62,199 nucleotides of DNA from a virus (lineage: Duplodnaviria > Caudoviricetes): the IMG/VR virus record IMGVR_UViG_3300043449_001468, positions 1-62,199 of that record. One strand, 5' to 3'. Below the pieces are notes generated by a model that worked only from the letters and a program-made list of their open reading frames with translations, was not told where the DNA came from and made no database searches. How positions within the stretch are numbered: position 1 is the stretch's first letter; each line of letters starts with the position of its first letter. Below are positions 38,327-46,963 of the stretch, in pieces. The position numbers and the translations under genes are program-made.

Positions 38327-39539
38327 TATTTTTAGAGCATCTGAAGATTCCATCCATGAGTCGGATAATTTAGATCCAGAAAAGTACCTCATGGTTCACT
38401 ATGATCTTGAGAGTACGGTGAGTGTTGAGAAAGCGGCATTTGATCTTGCGATTGGACAAAGTGTGGGTAACCCCAACATCCGCAATCGATGGGAAACCGA
38501 TGAGTTGTTTGAGAAGTATTCTTGTAGGGTGGATACTCCTAGAGGATTTCTACGGGATAAGACACGCGCCGAGGTGACGATTGCGTTTCCTGTGATCAAT
38601 ACGGATTGGGATGGGGATGGCATCGCACATTTACTATGCCAGGTGCTCGGCGGGCAAGCTGATATCGGACATATCATCCGCTGTAGGATCAATGGCTTCA
38701 CATTTCCCCGCTCTGTGACTAGTCGATTCTCCCCGCCTCGGTTTGGCATGAGCGGGCTTCGTGCGTTCACGGGGCAAGCTGATAAGCCATTGTTCGGCGG
38801 AATCATTAAACCTAAGACTGGGCTGCCCCCCGATCAATTGCTCGATATGGTCAGGGAGTTGGTAGATGGGGGGGTGGATTTCATTAAGGAGGACGAGATT
38901 CTTTCCAATCCCGCTTTCTGTTCATTGGAGAATCGAGTCCCGCTTATTGCCAGATACATACAATCATGTGGTCGCAACGTGATTTATTGTTTCTCTATCA
39001 ATGGGGACCCACACACAATTGAACAACGAGCGATATATCTGGCCAATGAGGGGGCCAATGGGGTGCATATAAATTTTTGGAGTGGATTGGGAGCCTATCA
39101 TACCATTCGCCGACTGAACCTCCCCCTATTTCTACACTTCCAAAAGAGCGGCGATAAGGTTATTACACATAAAGGAAATGCCTTTGGTATGTCGTGGTTT
39201 GCCATGTGCCAGCTTGCCGCACTCTCCGGAGTGGACTCCATTCATGCCGGAATGTTTGGAGGTTATATGAACAGTGATACGATAGAGTTGAAGTCGGTCA
39301 TGGATCTCCTTGGGAATAGTAATGTGGTGCCCGCCTTATCCTGTGGGATGCATCCTGGGCTTGTGGAACATGTCACCAAGAATGTTGGGGTCGATTATAT
39401 GGCTAATGTCGGCGGTGCGTTGCATGGGCATCCAGGAGGCACTCTTGCCGGATGTAAGGCCATGCGACAGGCCATCGACCACAGCCACGGACTAGAATAT
39501 GAACAGGCGATTCAAACCTGGGGGTTGACCCATGAATGA
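38319..39539 (+). CDS. RuBisCO-like protein (form IV)
   Basis: A..QS.G, GGIIKPKTGL, GGVDFIKEDE, GVDSIHAG, PALSCG.HP, GGALHGHPGG..AG..A.RQA. Confidence 0.9.
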   Translation: MFNIFRASEDSIHESDNLDPEKYLMVHYDLESTVSVEKAAFDLAIGQSVGNPNIRNRWETDELFEKYSCRVDTPRGFLRDKTRAEVTIAFPVINTDWDGDGIAHLLCQVLGGQADIGHIIRCRINGFTFPRSVTSRFSPPRFGMSGLRAFTGQADKPLFGGIIKPKTGLPPDQLLDMVRELVDGGVDFIKEDEILSNPAFCSLENRVPLIARYIQSCGRNVIYCFSINGDPHTIEQRAIYLANEGANGVHINFWSGLGAYHTIRRLNLPLFLHFQKSGDKVITHKGNAFGMSWFAMCQLAALSGVDSIHAGMFGGYMNSDTIELKSVMDLLGNSNVVPALSCGMHPGLVEHVTKNVGVDYMANVGGALHGHPGGTLAGCKAMRQAIDHSHGLEYEQAIQTWGLTHE

Positions 39540-40323
39540 TCTATCGGTATGGATTCTAACATTCAATAGACCCTATGCGCTAAACCGACTCATTACTGAA
39601 TTGGGGCGACAAGGTATTCGTTCTAACGTACTATCAAATTATTCATCTGTACAATATACCAAAGAATCTATGTCGTATGTGGACAAGACGGTGATCAATA
39701 CGCTCAACACCGACGAGTCCAACGCATGGTGTGGGCGCAGCTGGAATAGTATCATGCTGAAGGCATTCTCTGTCTCGCCTAATCTCATCATGATTCAAGA
39801 TGACACGTTTGTGCGACCGCATTTCTCCGCATGGTTCGAGTCCAATAGGAAGAAGTATGATTTTATTTGGGGGCCAGCAGGGGATCAATTCTTCTATCTA
39901 ACCTTGAATGTGTTGCGTACTACTGGGTGGTTCGATGAGCGATTCACTTCCGGATATTGTGGCGATGCTGATTTTTTGAAGCGGGTATGTGCGTCATATC
40001 CTCTCAGTAAAATTAGCGTTGAGGAGTCCCACGACTGGGGATTCCGCCATAACCCAATCGGGACCTCTGAGGTCATCATCACCGATTTGGGTAGCAAGCA
40101 GATCGACCCCAATTATGAAAATGCCCACTGGTACATGGAACGGCTCAAGACCAAGGAAATTAACCGCAATTTGGAATATTCTCAGGGATACTTTCTTCGG
40201 AAATGGGGGCACGTTTTGAATAACAATCAGCCTGTGATAAATTCAAATGTGCGATTAATAGAGGAGATTGATTGGTATCCATGGGCCACCAAGAAATATG
40301 AGGTCACCGCATATGATCTATAA
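39532..40323 (+). CDS. GT2-like glycosyltransferase
   Basis: ILTFNR, WN, IQDD, GWFDERF..G...DADF. Confidence 0.75.
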   Translation: MNDLSVWILTFNRPYALNRLITELGRQGIRSNVLSNYSSVQYTKESMSYVDKTVINTLNTDESNAWCGRSWNSIMLKAFSVSPNLIMIQDDTFVRPHFSAWFESNRKKYDFIWGPAGDQFFYLTLNVLRTTGWFDERFTSGYCGDADFLKRVCASYPLSKISVEESHDWGFRHNPIGTSEVIITDLGSKQIDPNYENAHWYMERLKTKEINRNLEYSQGYFLRKWGHVLNNNQPVINSNVRLIEEIDWYPWATKKYEVTAYDL

Positions 40324-40964
40324 TCTGTTCCAAAATAATATACAATTCGAATGGAACACCAAGCGATTGAATAAATTGGTGTCGCTTCTTGGTCCTAGAT
40401 GGTTTGCAGGTAAAAAAATCCTAGAAGTGGGGGCTGGCCATGGCAGCACAGGGAAGTCCTTGTTGTGGCTGGGGGCTCATGTTGTGTTTACGGATGCGCG
40501 GAGTGTTCATGTAAACCACCTCAAATCCTGCGGACTGGATGCCCATATAATGGATCAGGATTCTGAGTGGACCATCCAAGGTCCATTTGATTTGATTATC
40601 CACTGGGGGGGTGTCGTACCATCTTAGAAATTGGCAGCAAGATCTGAGGTGTGCGTTCAATCGATCCTCCTTGGTATGTTTTGAAACTGAGGTTGCGGAC
40701 TCACCTTCCGCGGACTTTGAGTCTACGCTCACCGAAATTGATCACTATGATCAGGCGTTTAATCGAGTGGGAACCTTGCTGTCTCCAGCCAGGATAGAAT
40801 CCTTCCTCGCCGAGCATAATATGACGGCGACTAGGTATGATACCCCCGATATAGACACCGGAGGGACCGCCAAATGGTATTCGTGGAAACCAGGATCCAC
40901 AACACCTGACGATGTTCGGTGCCGGCGCCTGCGGCGCTTTTGGATGATTAGGAGAAAACTATGA
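40313..40964 (+). pseudogene. class I SAM methyltransferase split by one extra G in a G7 tract
   Basis: ILEVGAGHG ... DLIIHWG in frame 40313-40627 continues as VSYHL..W..DL in the 40611-40964 frame. Confidence 0.8.
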
Positions 40965-41491
40965 AGATAATCGTTGAAATTGGGGCACATACAGGCATGG
41001 AGACCCTCAAGTTTTTGGCAGATCCTGATGCCCAGGTCTATGCGTTTGAGCCGGAACAGCATCTATTTGCTCAACTCTATCAGCGATACGGATCGTACCC
41101 ACGACTCACGGTGCTCCCTTTCGCGGTGGACATCGGGGACAATCAAGGACCACTCTTCCACTACGGCGATGGCAAGAGTACATTAGATCCTCCCATGTTC
41201 GGAGGCCCTCAGGCTGCATTTACGATGACGTGGACCATTAGACTCGACACCTTTATGCGACTCTATGACATCGAGAAGATTGATTATCTTCGTATCGATG
41301 CTCCATGGCGAGAGGAAATGTGCCTTGAAAGTCTTGGGGATCGTGTAAAAGACGTTGAGCGTGGGCGCATTCGGAGATATGACCCCAAGGGACCTGTCCC
41401 TGCGTGGCTCTATGATCATGGGTTTTCTATGCAACTAGATAGTTTAGTGGATCGCATAACTGAGCCGGACATTAGGTTTTGGCGTCAATAG
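40961..41491 (+). CDS. FkbM-family methyltransferase
   Basis: VEIGAHTG, VYAFEP, TIRLDTF, IDYLRID. Confidence 0.8.
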   Translation: MKIIVEIGAHTGMETLKFLADPDAQVYAFEPEQHLFAQLYQRYGSYPRLTVLPFAVDIGDNQGPLFHYGDGKSTLDPPMFGGPQAAFTMTWTIRLDTFMRLYDIEKIDYLRIDAPWREEMCLESLGDRVKDVERGRIRRYDPKGPVPAWLYDHGFSMQLDSLVDRITEPDIRFWRQ

Positions 41492-41523
41492 GTATAGATG
41501 GGTGATACATATAGGAGAAACCT

Positions 41524-41994
41524 ATGATTCTCATCTCCCATAGAGGAAATATCGAAGGGGCTGATACATGGTTAGAAAACACCCCCAACTATATCGACAA
41601 TGCTATTGCGCTTGGGTATCAGGTGGAAGTGGATGTATGGGGAGAGGACGGTGTATTGTGGTTGGGGCATGATCGCCCCATGTACAAAATCACTCCTGAG
41701 TGGTTGGACCAACGCGGCGATGTGTTGTGGTTACACTGCAAGAATGTCCACGCTCTGAGTATTCTCATGCAGGACTTTCCATGGATTCGCTACTTTCTCC
41801 ATAACAAAGATCCATATGCGATGGTGAATTTGGGGTATATTTGGTGCTATCCTTCTGCCCCACCTCCAGTATCCAAGGGTATTATTGTGCTTCCTGAGAC
41901 ATGGCTCTCCAAGGAGGAGACCTCTTCATATGTTTCCTCTCATCACGCTGAGGGAATTTGCTCAGATTATATCGCAAGATACCAGAACATATAA
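41524..41994 (+). CDS. glycerophosphodiester phosphodiesterase-like protein
   Basis: ISHRGN, ENTP, VEVDVW, LGHD, LHCKN, GICSDY. Confidence 0.8.
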   Translation: MILISHRGNIEGADTWLENTPNYIDNAIALGYQVEVDVWGEDGVLWLGHDRPMYKITPEWLDQRGDVLWLHCKNVHALSILMQDFPWIRYFLHNKDPYAMVNLGYIWCYPSAPPPVSKGIIVLPETWLSKEETSSYVSSHHAEGICSDYIARYQNI

Positions 41995-41997
41995 ATA
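41990..41997 (+). promoter_or_regulatory. T4-type late promoter TATAAATA
   Basis: Exact match upstream of the 42034 ORF. Confidence 0.75.
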
Positions 41998-42033
41998 GAT
42001 AACTAGACATCATACTCCTGTAGAGGGACTTTC

Positions 42034-44442
42034 ATGATACCACTGCATCTACCCAAACATGGGCTCAATCTCGACAGATCTTCGCTGCCCCAGGTCTCCT
42101 CAAAAGACGTTCCTGACTATCTCTCGTGGCTCAGAACGCACAAACACATCTCCTCCAATCGCACCGAAATGCCTGTCAACTCTTTGTTTTCATCCCAAGG
42201 TAACTTCAATGCCACAAAGATTCGGGCCCTGATGACCCATAAGCGGGAGGAACTCAGGAAACCCATTATTGTGTCGGGGGACCATTATGTGGTGGATGGG
42301 CATCATAGATGGATAGCATTGTGTAATCTTGATCCCACTGATACGATTCCTGTGGTTCTGGTGCATGCCAAGATCCTAGATCTCCTTGCGGCCACCAAGG
42401 AGTACCCCAAGTCATTTACCAAGACTGTCGTGGAATCGTTCAGCACAATCACGGAAGCCGCCGAGAAGCATGCCGTTCTTGCGTTTGGAAGACTCAATCC
42501 TCCCACCTCAGGGCACGCCAAATTGGTAGATAAAGTCCATGATGTGGCAGAACGCCATGGTGCGCGCCATGAAGTAGTAATGTCGCATACGCAGGACTCC
42601 AAGAAAAACCCTCTGTCTGGGGCGCAAAAACTCAAGCATGCCAAACGATTCTTTCCAGATACCAATCTATCGGTGTCCACAGCACAGGCGCCATCAATTT
42701 TCCATCATGCCGCCAAACTCTATAAGGCCGGGCATCAACATCTACATGTGGTCGCAGGAGCTGATAGACTCAAAGAATTTGGCACCGAACTTCATAAATA
42801 TAACGGTCACTTTGACAAAGACGGACATGGCTACAAGTTCAAATCAATTACCATGCATTCTGCTGGGGCGAGAGACCCAGAATCAGAGGGGGTCGAGGGC
42901 ATGTCTGCTGGCAAGTTGCGACATCTTGCTTCTATCGGAAACTTCAAAGAATTCAAAAAAGGGGTTCCTGCCCATGTATCTCAGACTCATGCCAAGGAAC
43001 TCTATCAGGATGTTCGCAAAGGAATGGGACATATGAACGAGCAAGTGGATCTGTTGAGTGAAGGAGTACATGATTCGTCAATATTCAAAGCCATATTCGT
43101 GACGGGGGCCCCAGGTTCAGGTAAAGACTTTGTGCTCAAGAAGTCACTCAATGGACATGGGCTTACTGAGATTAATTCGGATCATGCGCTCGAATTTCTC
43201 ATGGACAAGAACAAGCTGGACAAGAAAATGCCAGAATCTGAGCAAGAGAAGCGCGGGGTGATTCGCGATAAAGCCAAATCACTCACTGAACTTCGGCAAC
43301 GTCTTGCTTTGTCTGGGCGCAACGGATTAATCGTTAATTCCACAGGCGCAAAACTTGAGCAGATCAAAAAAATAAAAGACAAGCTCGAAGAACTTGGCTA
43401 CGATACCAAGATGGTATTTGTAGACGTATCGGATAATGTTAGTCGGAACCGCAATGTCGAACGCGGCCAACGTGGCGGTCGCATGATTCCTGAGAAGATC
43501 AGGGCCGAGAAATGGCGCCAGGCGCAAGACTCTCGTGTTCAGTTTTCCAAGGTGTTTGGTGCTGAACATTATCACGAATTTAACAACGAAGAAGATTTAC
43601 GACACAACGCAGATCCTGAGGTTGCGGGTCAAAAACACAAAGAACTTGATGCACTCTTCAAGACGGTGCGTAAATTTACACAGCAACCTCCAAAATCTGA
43701 GGTGGCGCACGAATGGATTCATACCAATTTGGGTAAGCTGGCCAAGCAACCCATCGGCAACAAGATACAGCAGACGAAGGCCTCACAAACGCCCCCCGCC
43801 TCAGATTCCCAAGCGGCAGAGGAAGCTAGAAAACTAGGGCTCCAATACTACGGATATGGTCGATATGGTAAGAACGGGCATGTGACCCATTTTTCACTTC
43901 ATGGTAGATTAGTCGAAAAGAAAAAAGCATTAATTCCCCCAAAACCCCAAACCCCCAATGTGCCTAAGAAGCTCAACGAAGCATTTGAGGAACTATTCAA
44001 CAAGGAGAACGATGATGTCAATCTACGACTGGAGCATTACCTGGAAAATTCTGTGCTGGTGGGAAGACCTGAAGTTCCACACTCGCCGCGTACTTTCGCG
44101 GAAACCAGAGAAGTGTTGCGAGAACGATTCGCTGTGTCAGGGGGACGATACGGAGACCATCATGACATTCGAGGAGCCTCCCAAGAGGAAGGTCTCCAAG
44201 AAGAAGTCTCCAGTCAAAAAGACCGCGAAGAAAGTAAAAAAGTCAGCTTCCAAGGATTTAGGCGACAACTGGTAACACTCACTGAAGGTGAACCTGTCTT
44301 GGGAGGCGGCGAAGAGGACCAGGGCTCTGTGCTTTCGTCTAATTCAAGCAAAGAGGCCATCGGAGGAGGATTGACCTCCGATAAACCCGTGACTACGCCA
44401 CGCCGCAAGAAATTGTTTTCAGATCTCAAGCGGGGGAAATAA
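42034..44442 (+). CDS. multidomain protein: ParB/Srx-like + HIGH-type nucleotidyltransferase + P-loop (Pnk/zeta-like) kinase
   Basis: VVDGHHRW; FGRLNPPTSGH ... VAGADR ... MSAGKLR; GAPGSGKD (43105) ... RN.ERG; domains separated by Glu-containing linkers. Confidence 0.85.
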   Translation: MIPLHLPKHGLNLDRSSLPQVSSKDVPDYLSWLRTHKHISSNRTEMPVNSLFSSQGNFNATKIRALMTHKREELRKPIIVSGDHYVVDGHHRWIALCNLDPTDTIPVVLVHAKILDLLAATKEYPKSFTKTVVESFSTITEAAEKHAVLAFGRLNPPTSGHAKLVDKVHDVAERHGARHEVVMSHTQDSKKNPLSGAQKLKHAKRFFPDTNLSVSTAQAPSIFHHAAKLYKAGHQHLHVVAGADRLKEFGTELHKYNGHFDKDGHGYKFKSITMHSAGARDPESEGVEGMSAGKLRHLASIGNFKEFKKGVPAHVSQTHAKELYQDVRKGMGHMNEQVDLLSEGVHDSSIFKAIFVTGAPGSGKDFVLKKSLNGHGLTEINSDHALEFLMDKNKLDKKMPESEQEKRGVIRDKAKSLTELRQRLALSGRNGLIVNSTGAKLEQIKKIKDKLEELGYDTKMVFVDVSDNVSRNRNVERGQRGGRMIPEKIRAEKWRQAQDSRVQFSKVFGAEHYHEFNNEEDLRHNADPEVAGQKHKELDALFKTVRKFTQQPPKSEVAHEWIHTNLGKLAKQPIGNKIQQTKASQTPPASDSQAAEEARKLGLQYYGYGRYGKNGHVTHFSLHGRLVEKKKALIPPKPQTPNVPKKLNEAFEELFNKENDDVNLRLEHYLENSVLVGRPEVPHSPRTFAETREVLRERFAVSGGRYGDHHDIRGASQEEGLQEEVSSQKDREESKKVSFQGFRRQLVTLTEGEPVLGGGEEDQGSVLSSNSSKEAIGGGLTSDKPVTTPRRKKLFSDLKRGK
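44012..44275 (+). CDS. candidate nested out-of-frame gene (87 aa, Lys-rich tail)
   Basis: AAGGAG SD just upstream of ATG 44012; KKKSPVKKTAKKVKKS tail; lies entirely inside the 42034 ORF. Confidence 0.45.
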   Translation: MMSIYDWSITWKILCWWEDLKFHTRRVLSRKPEKCCENDSLCQGDDTETIMTFEEPPKRKVSKKKSPVKKTAKKVKKSASKDLGDNW

Positions 44443-44443
44443 T

Positions 44444-46729
44444 ATGAGTGGCGAACCGAAATTTATACGTGCCACAAAAACTTCGCATCACTATCAAGGG
44501 CAGATCAACGGAAAACCGTATGTGGTGCCCCACTCATATGGAGAAAAAGGTATACCGATACGGCATGCCATTATTACAGCAAGGGCCTTTGTAGCGCACC
44601 ACAACCCAGATCTGACTCCGGAAGAACTTGCGCGGGTCCATTCGCATATTAACGGTATACACGGAGGCCAAGAGATGTACGAATCATATGCAACTAGGCC
44701 AGACGTTGGCCGCGGGCACTCACAGCACGAGGTGTATGTGCATAAGAATCACGCTATACGGCGTTTAGAAGGATTATATCACATTTATCCCCCTGGATCT
44801 CCCCATGAATCTATCGATGCAGGAGTCTCGCTGCAACATGCGAAGTCGATCATCGACAAGCTACCGAAGACGGTTAAGGAAGAAGAGGACCCTATGATCA
44901 CAGAAAAGAAGTTGACTGCCCCTGAGGTCACAAAGAAGGAAGAGATTGTTCGTGGCATGAAGAAAAACCTCCAGGGATTTAAGGAACGCTATGGGAAACG
45001 GGCGAAAGAGGTGATGCATGCTACGGCAGCTAAAAAGGCTAAAGAGCTGGCAGAGGGCCATAAGTATGATAATGCCATGAGTGGTCGATTACCGGCCCAT
45101 CTTACATATGATCCAAAATCTGAGGATATTCAGGTGGGAGACAAGGTTCATCTGGGATTTGGACACAGAGGTGGAGCCGGATATACTGGCACAGTGCATA
45201 AGATCGAAGGAAATCAAGTACATGTGAAAACAGGAGATGCCCGAATCGTTGTGGGACCCCGCAAGCATGTGACACTAGATGAAGAAGTCTCTTACCACAA
45301 TGAATCCTCCAAGTTCATGAGCACCTATCGACGCAACGAGTCCCAAAATCGTCATACGGCGAATATTCTACATCTAGCCACGCATTTTGGTAGCAAGGCA
45401 GACCAAGAGCAAGCAAAGTTTTTTCATGCTGAACTCAAGAAACATGGACACCAACCCCATCACGAAGAGGCCTATGCGCTCCACCAGAAATTGTGGCCCA
45501 AGGCCGTCAAGGCGCATGAGTTGACAGAGGAGCTAAAGTTCAAAAGAGCAGGAAGTGCATATGAAGCCATGGAAAAAAAGGTGAGAAAAAATGACAAGAA
45601 TTTTGTTCCGAGTTTTGAGCACTGGAAAAAGTTAGCTCCTCATTCTGCTCTTTTGAAGAAGAGTGTCACAAAGAAATCTACCCCCAATAAGACCAACGAA
45701 CTCTCCGAAGAGGTCGAGCAATTAGATGAAGTCATGACCCCGGAGCATCTTCACTACATTTTCAGTAAGGCTGAACATCCAAAGGACGCGAAAAAGGCGG
45801 AGAACAAGGGTGCCGTGAAGAGCAAATTTGATTACAAGAAGTTCTCTAAGGATCGACAAAAGAACCCACATAAATTTATTGCCGGATTAAAAGAAGAAGC
45901 GGAACAGCTCGATGAACTCAAGAAACATGGGCATCAACCCCATCACGAAGCCGCCTATAAGTTGCATGAAAAACTCTGGTCATCCGCTGTGGCCGCTCAT
46001 AACCATGTGAAGGAACCGGGGGAAGCGATGCCCCCTCCTCGCCGTGGTGAGAATTTCAGCGAAGCCAAGATGAGCCAAATCGAGAAATACCCCTTTGCAT
46101 TTTCTAAGGGCGCCCGTAAAGACTTTGCCCTCGAAAAGAAAAAAGCCAAGAAGTTGTGGCCAAAGGCGCAGAAGGAGCATGAATTGACAGAGAGTACCCA
46201 GTTAGATAAATCTTCGGAGTCATTGTTCGTTCATCACAAACGACACTTCGACAAGTATGACAAGGAACTCGATGATGTGGACCCCAAGTATCGTGCTGAA
46301 GTACGACGAATGAGAGCCCATCATGAAAATGAAATGAATCATCATTATTCACAGATGACACCTAAGCAGAAATCGAAACATGGACCTCATTTCAGACCCA
46401 TGCAGGAAGAGGTGGAGCAGTTGGATGAACTCAAAAAGTCCACACTCAAAAGCTACATCAAAAAAGCGGCACATGAGATTCCACAACACGAACGTAACGC
46501 ACAACGGATGATGACGTATGCTCAATTGGCCCGAAGTCGCCAGGCAGCGAAACGCTACGATCAGGTTGCCGACAAGGCATTCTCTAAAGTTGAGAAGCGC
46601 GAGCGGGGTATTAAACAGGCCGCGGATAAATTAGAAGAATCTCAGCCTAATGGCACATTCGAGACAGTCAAATCAGTCATTGCTGAGGCTATAGCAAAAA
46701 AGAAGTATAGAACAGAAGGATCCAAGTAG
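44444..46729 (+). CDS. modular His/Lys-rich putative internal-head polyprotein
   Basis: Short modules separated by EEVEQLDE, EEAEQLDE, LTEE and ITE linkers; internal duplications. Confidence 0.7.
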   Translation: MSGEPKFIRATKTSHHYQGQINGKPYVVPHSYGEKGIPIRHAIITARAFVAHHNPDLTPEELARVHSHINGIHGGQEMYESYATRPDVGRGHSQHEVYVHKNHAIRRLEGLYHIYPPGSPHESIDAGVSLQHAKSIIDKLPKTVKEEEDPMITEKKLTAPEVTKKEEIVRGMKKNLQGFKERYGKRAKEVMHATAAKKAKELAEGHKYDNAMSGRLPAHLTYDPKSEDIQVGDKVHLGFGHRGGAGYTGTVHKIEGNQVHVKTGDARIVVGPRKHVTLDEEVSYHNESSKFMSTYRRNESQNRHTANILHLATHFGSKADQEQAKFFHAELKKHGHQPHHEEAYALHQKLWPKAVKAHELTEELKFKRAGSAYEAMEKKVRKNDKNFVPSFEHWKKLAPHSALLKKSVTKKSTPNKTNELSEEVEQLDEVMTPEHLHYIFSKAEHPKDAKKAENKGAVKSKFDYKKFSKDRQKNPHKFIAGLKEEAEQLDELKKHGHQPHHEAAYKLHEKLWSSAVAAHNHVKEPGEAMPPPRRGENFSEAKMSQIEKYPFAFSKGARKDFALEKKKAKKLWPKAQKEHELTESTQLDKSSESLFVHHKRHFDKYDKELDDVDPKYRAEVRRMRAHHENEMNHHYSQMTPKQKSKHGPHFRPMQEEVEQLDELKKSTLKSYIKKAAHEIPQHERNAQRMMTYAQLARSRQAAKRYDQVADKAFSKVEKRERGIKQAADKLEESQPNGTFETVKSVIAEAIAKKKYRTEGSK

Positions 46730-46747
46730 TTTATTGGGAGATATACT

Positions 46748-46963
46748 ATGGTGTTACTATTTCCTCTCATCGCGCTCTTGGTGTTTGGTGGTGTCGGGAT
46801 TGATAAGTATCTACATACCCAAAAGGGAGACCAATGGTGCCTTTTTGGTGGAACAAACGTCGAGTCACGTATCACGGTATTTTGCATAGGAGAAAAGGAA
46901 TCACACAATGAAGAAATTCAAGTCCCTCTCAAGGACAGTCCCATCGAAGATTCCCCTCAATGA
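46748..46963 (+). CDS. small membrane-anchored hypothetical protein
   Basis: N-terminal hydrophobic helix; SD GGGAG. Confidence 0.5.
   Translation: MVLLFPLIALLVFGGVGIDKYLHTQKGDQWCLFGGTNVESRITVFCIGEKESHNEEIQVPLKDSPIEDSPQ

Noticed and set aside
38319-39539. Bona fide CO2-fixing RuBisCO
   Set aside because: The HxHR and loop-6 lysine equivalents are substituted, and there is no small subunit or phosphoribulokinase nearby.
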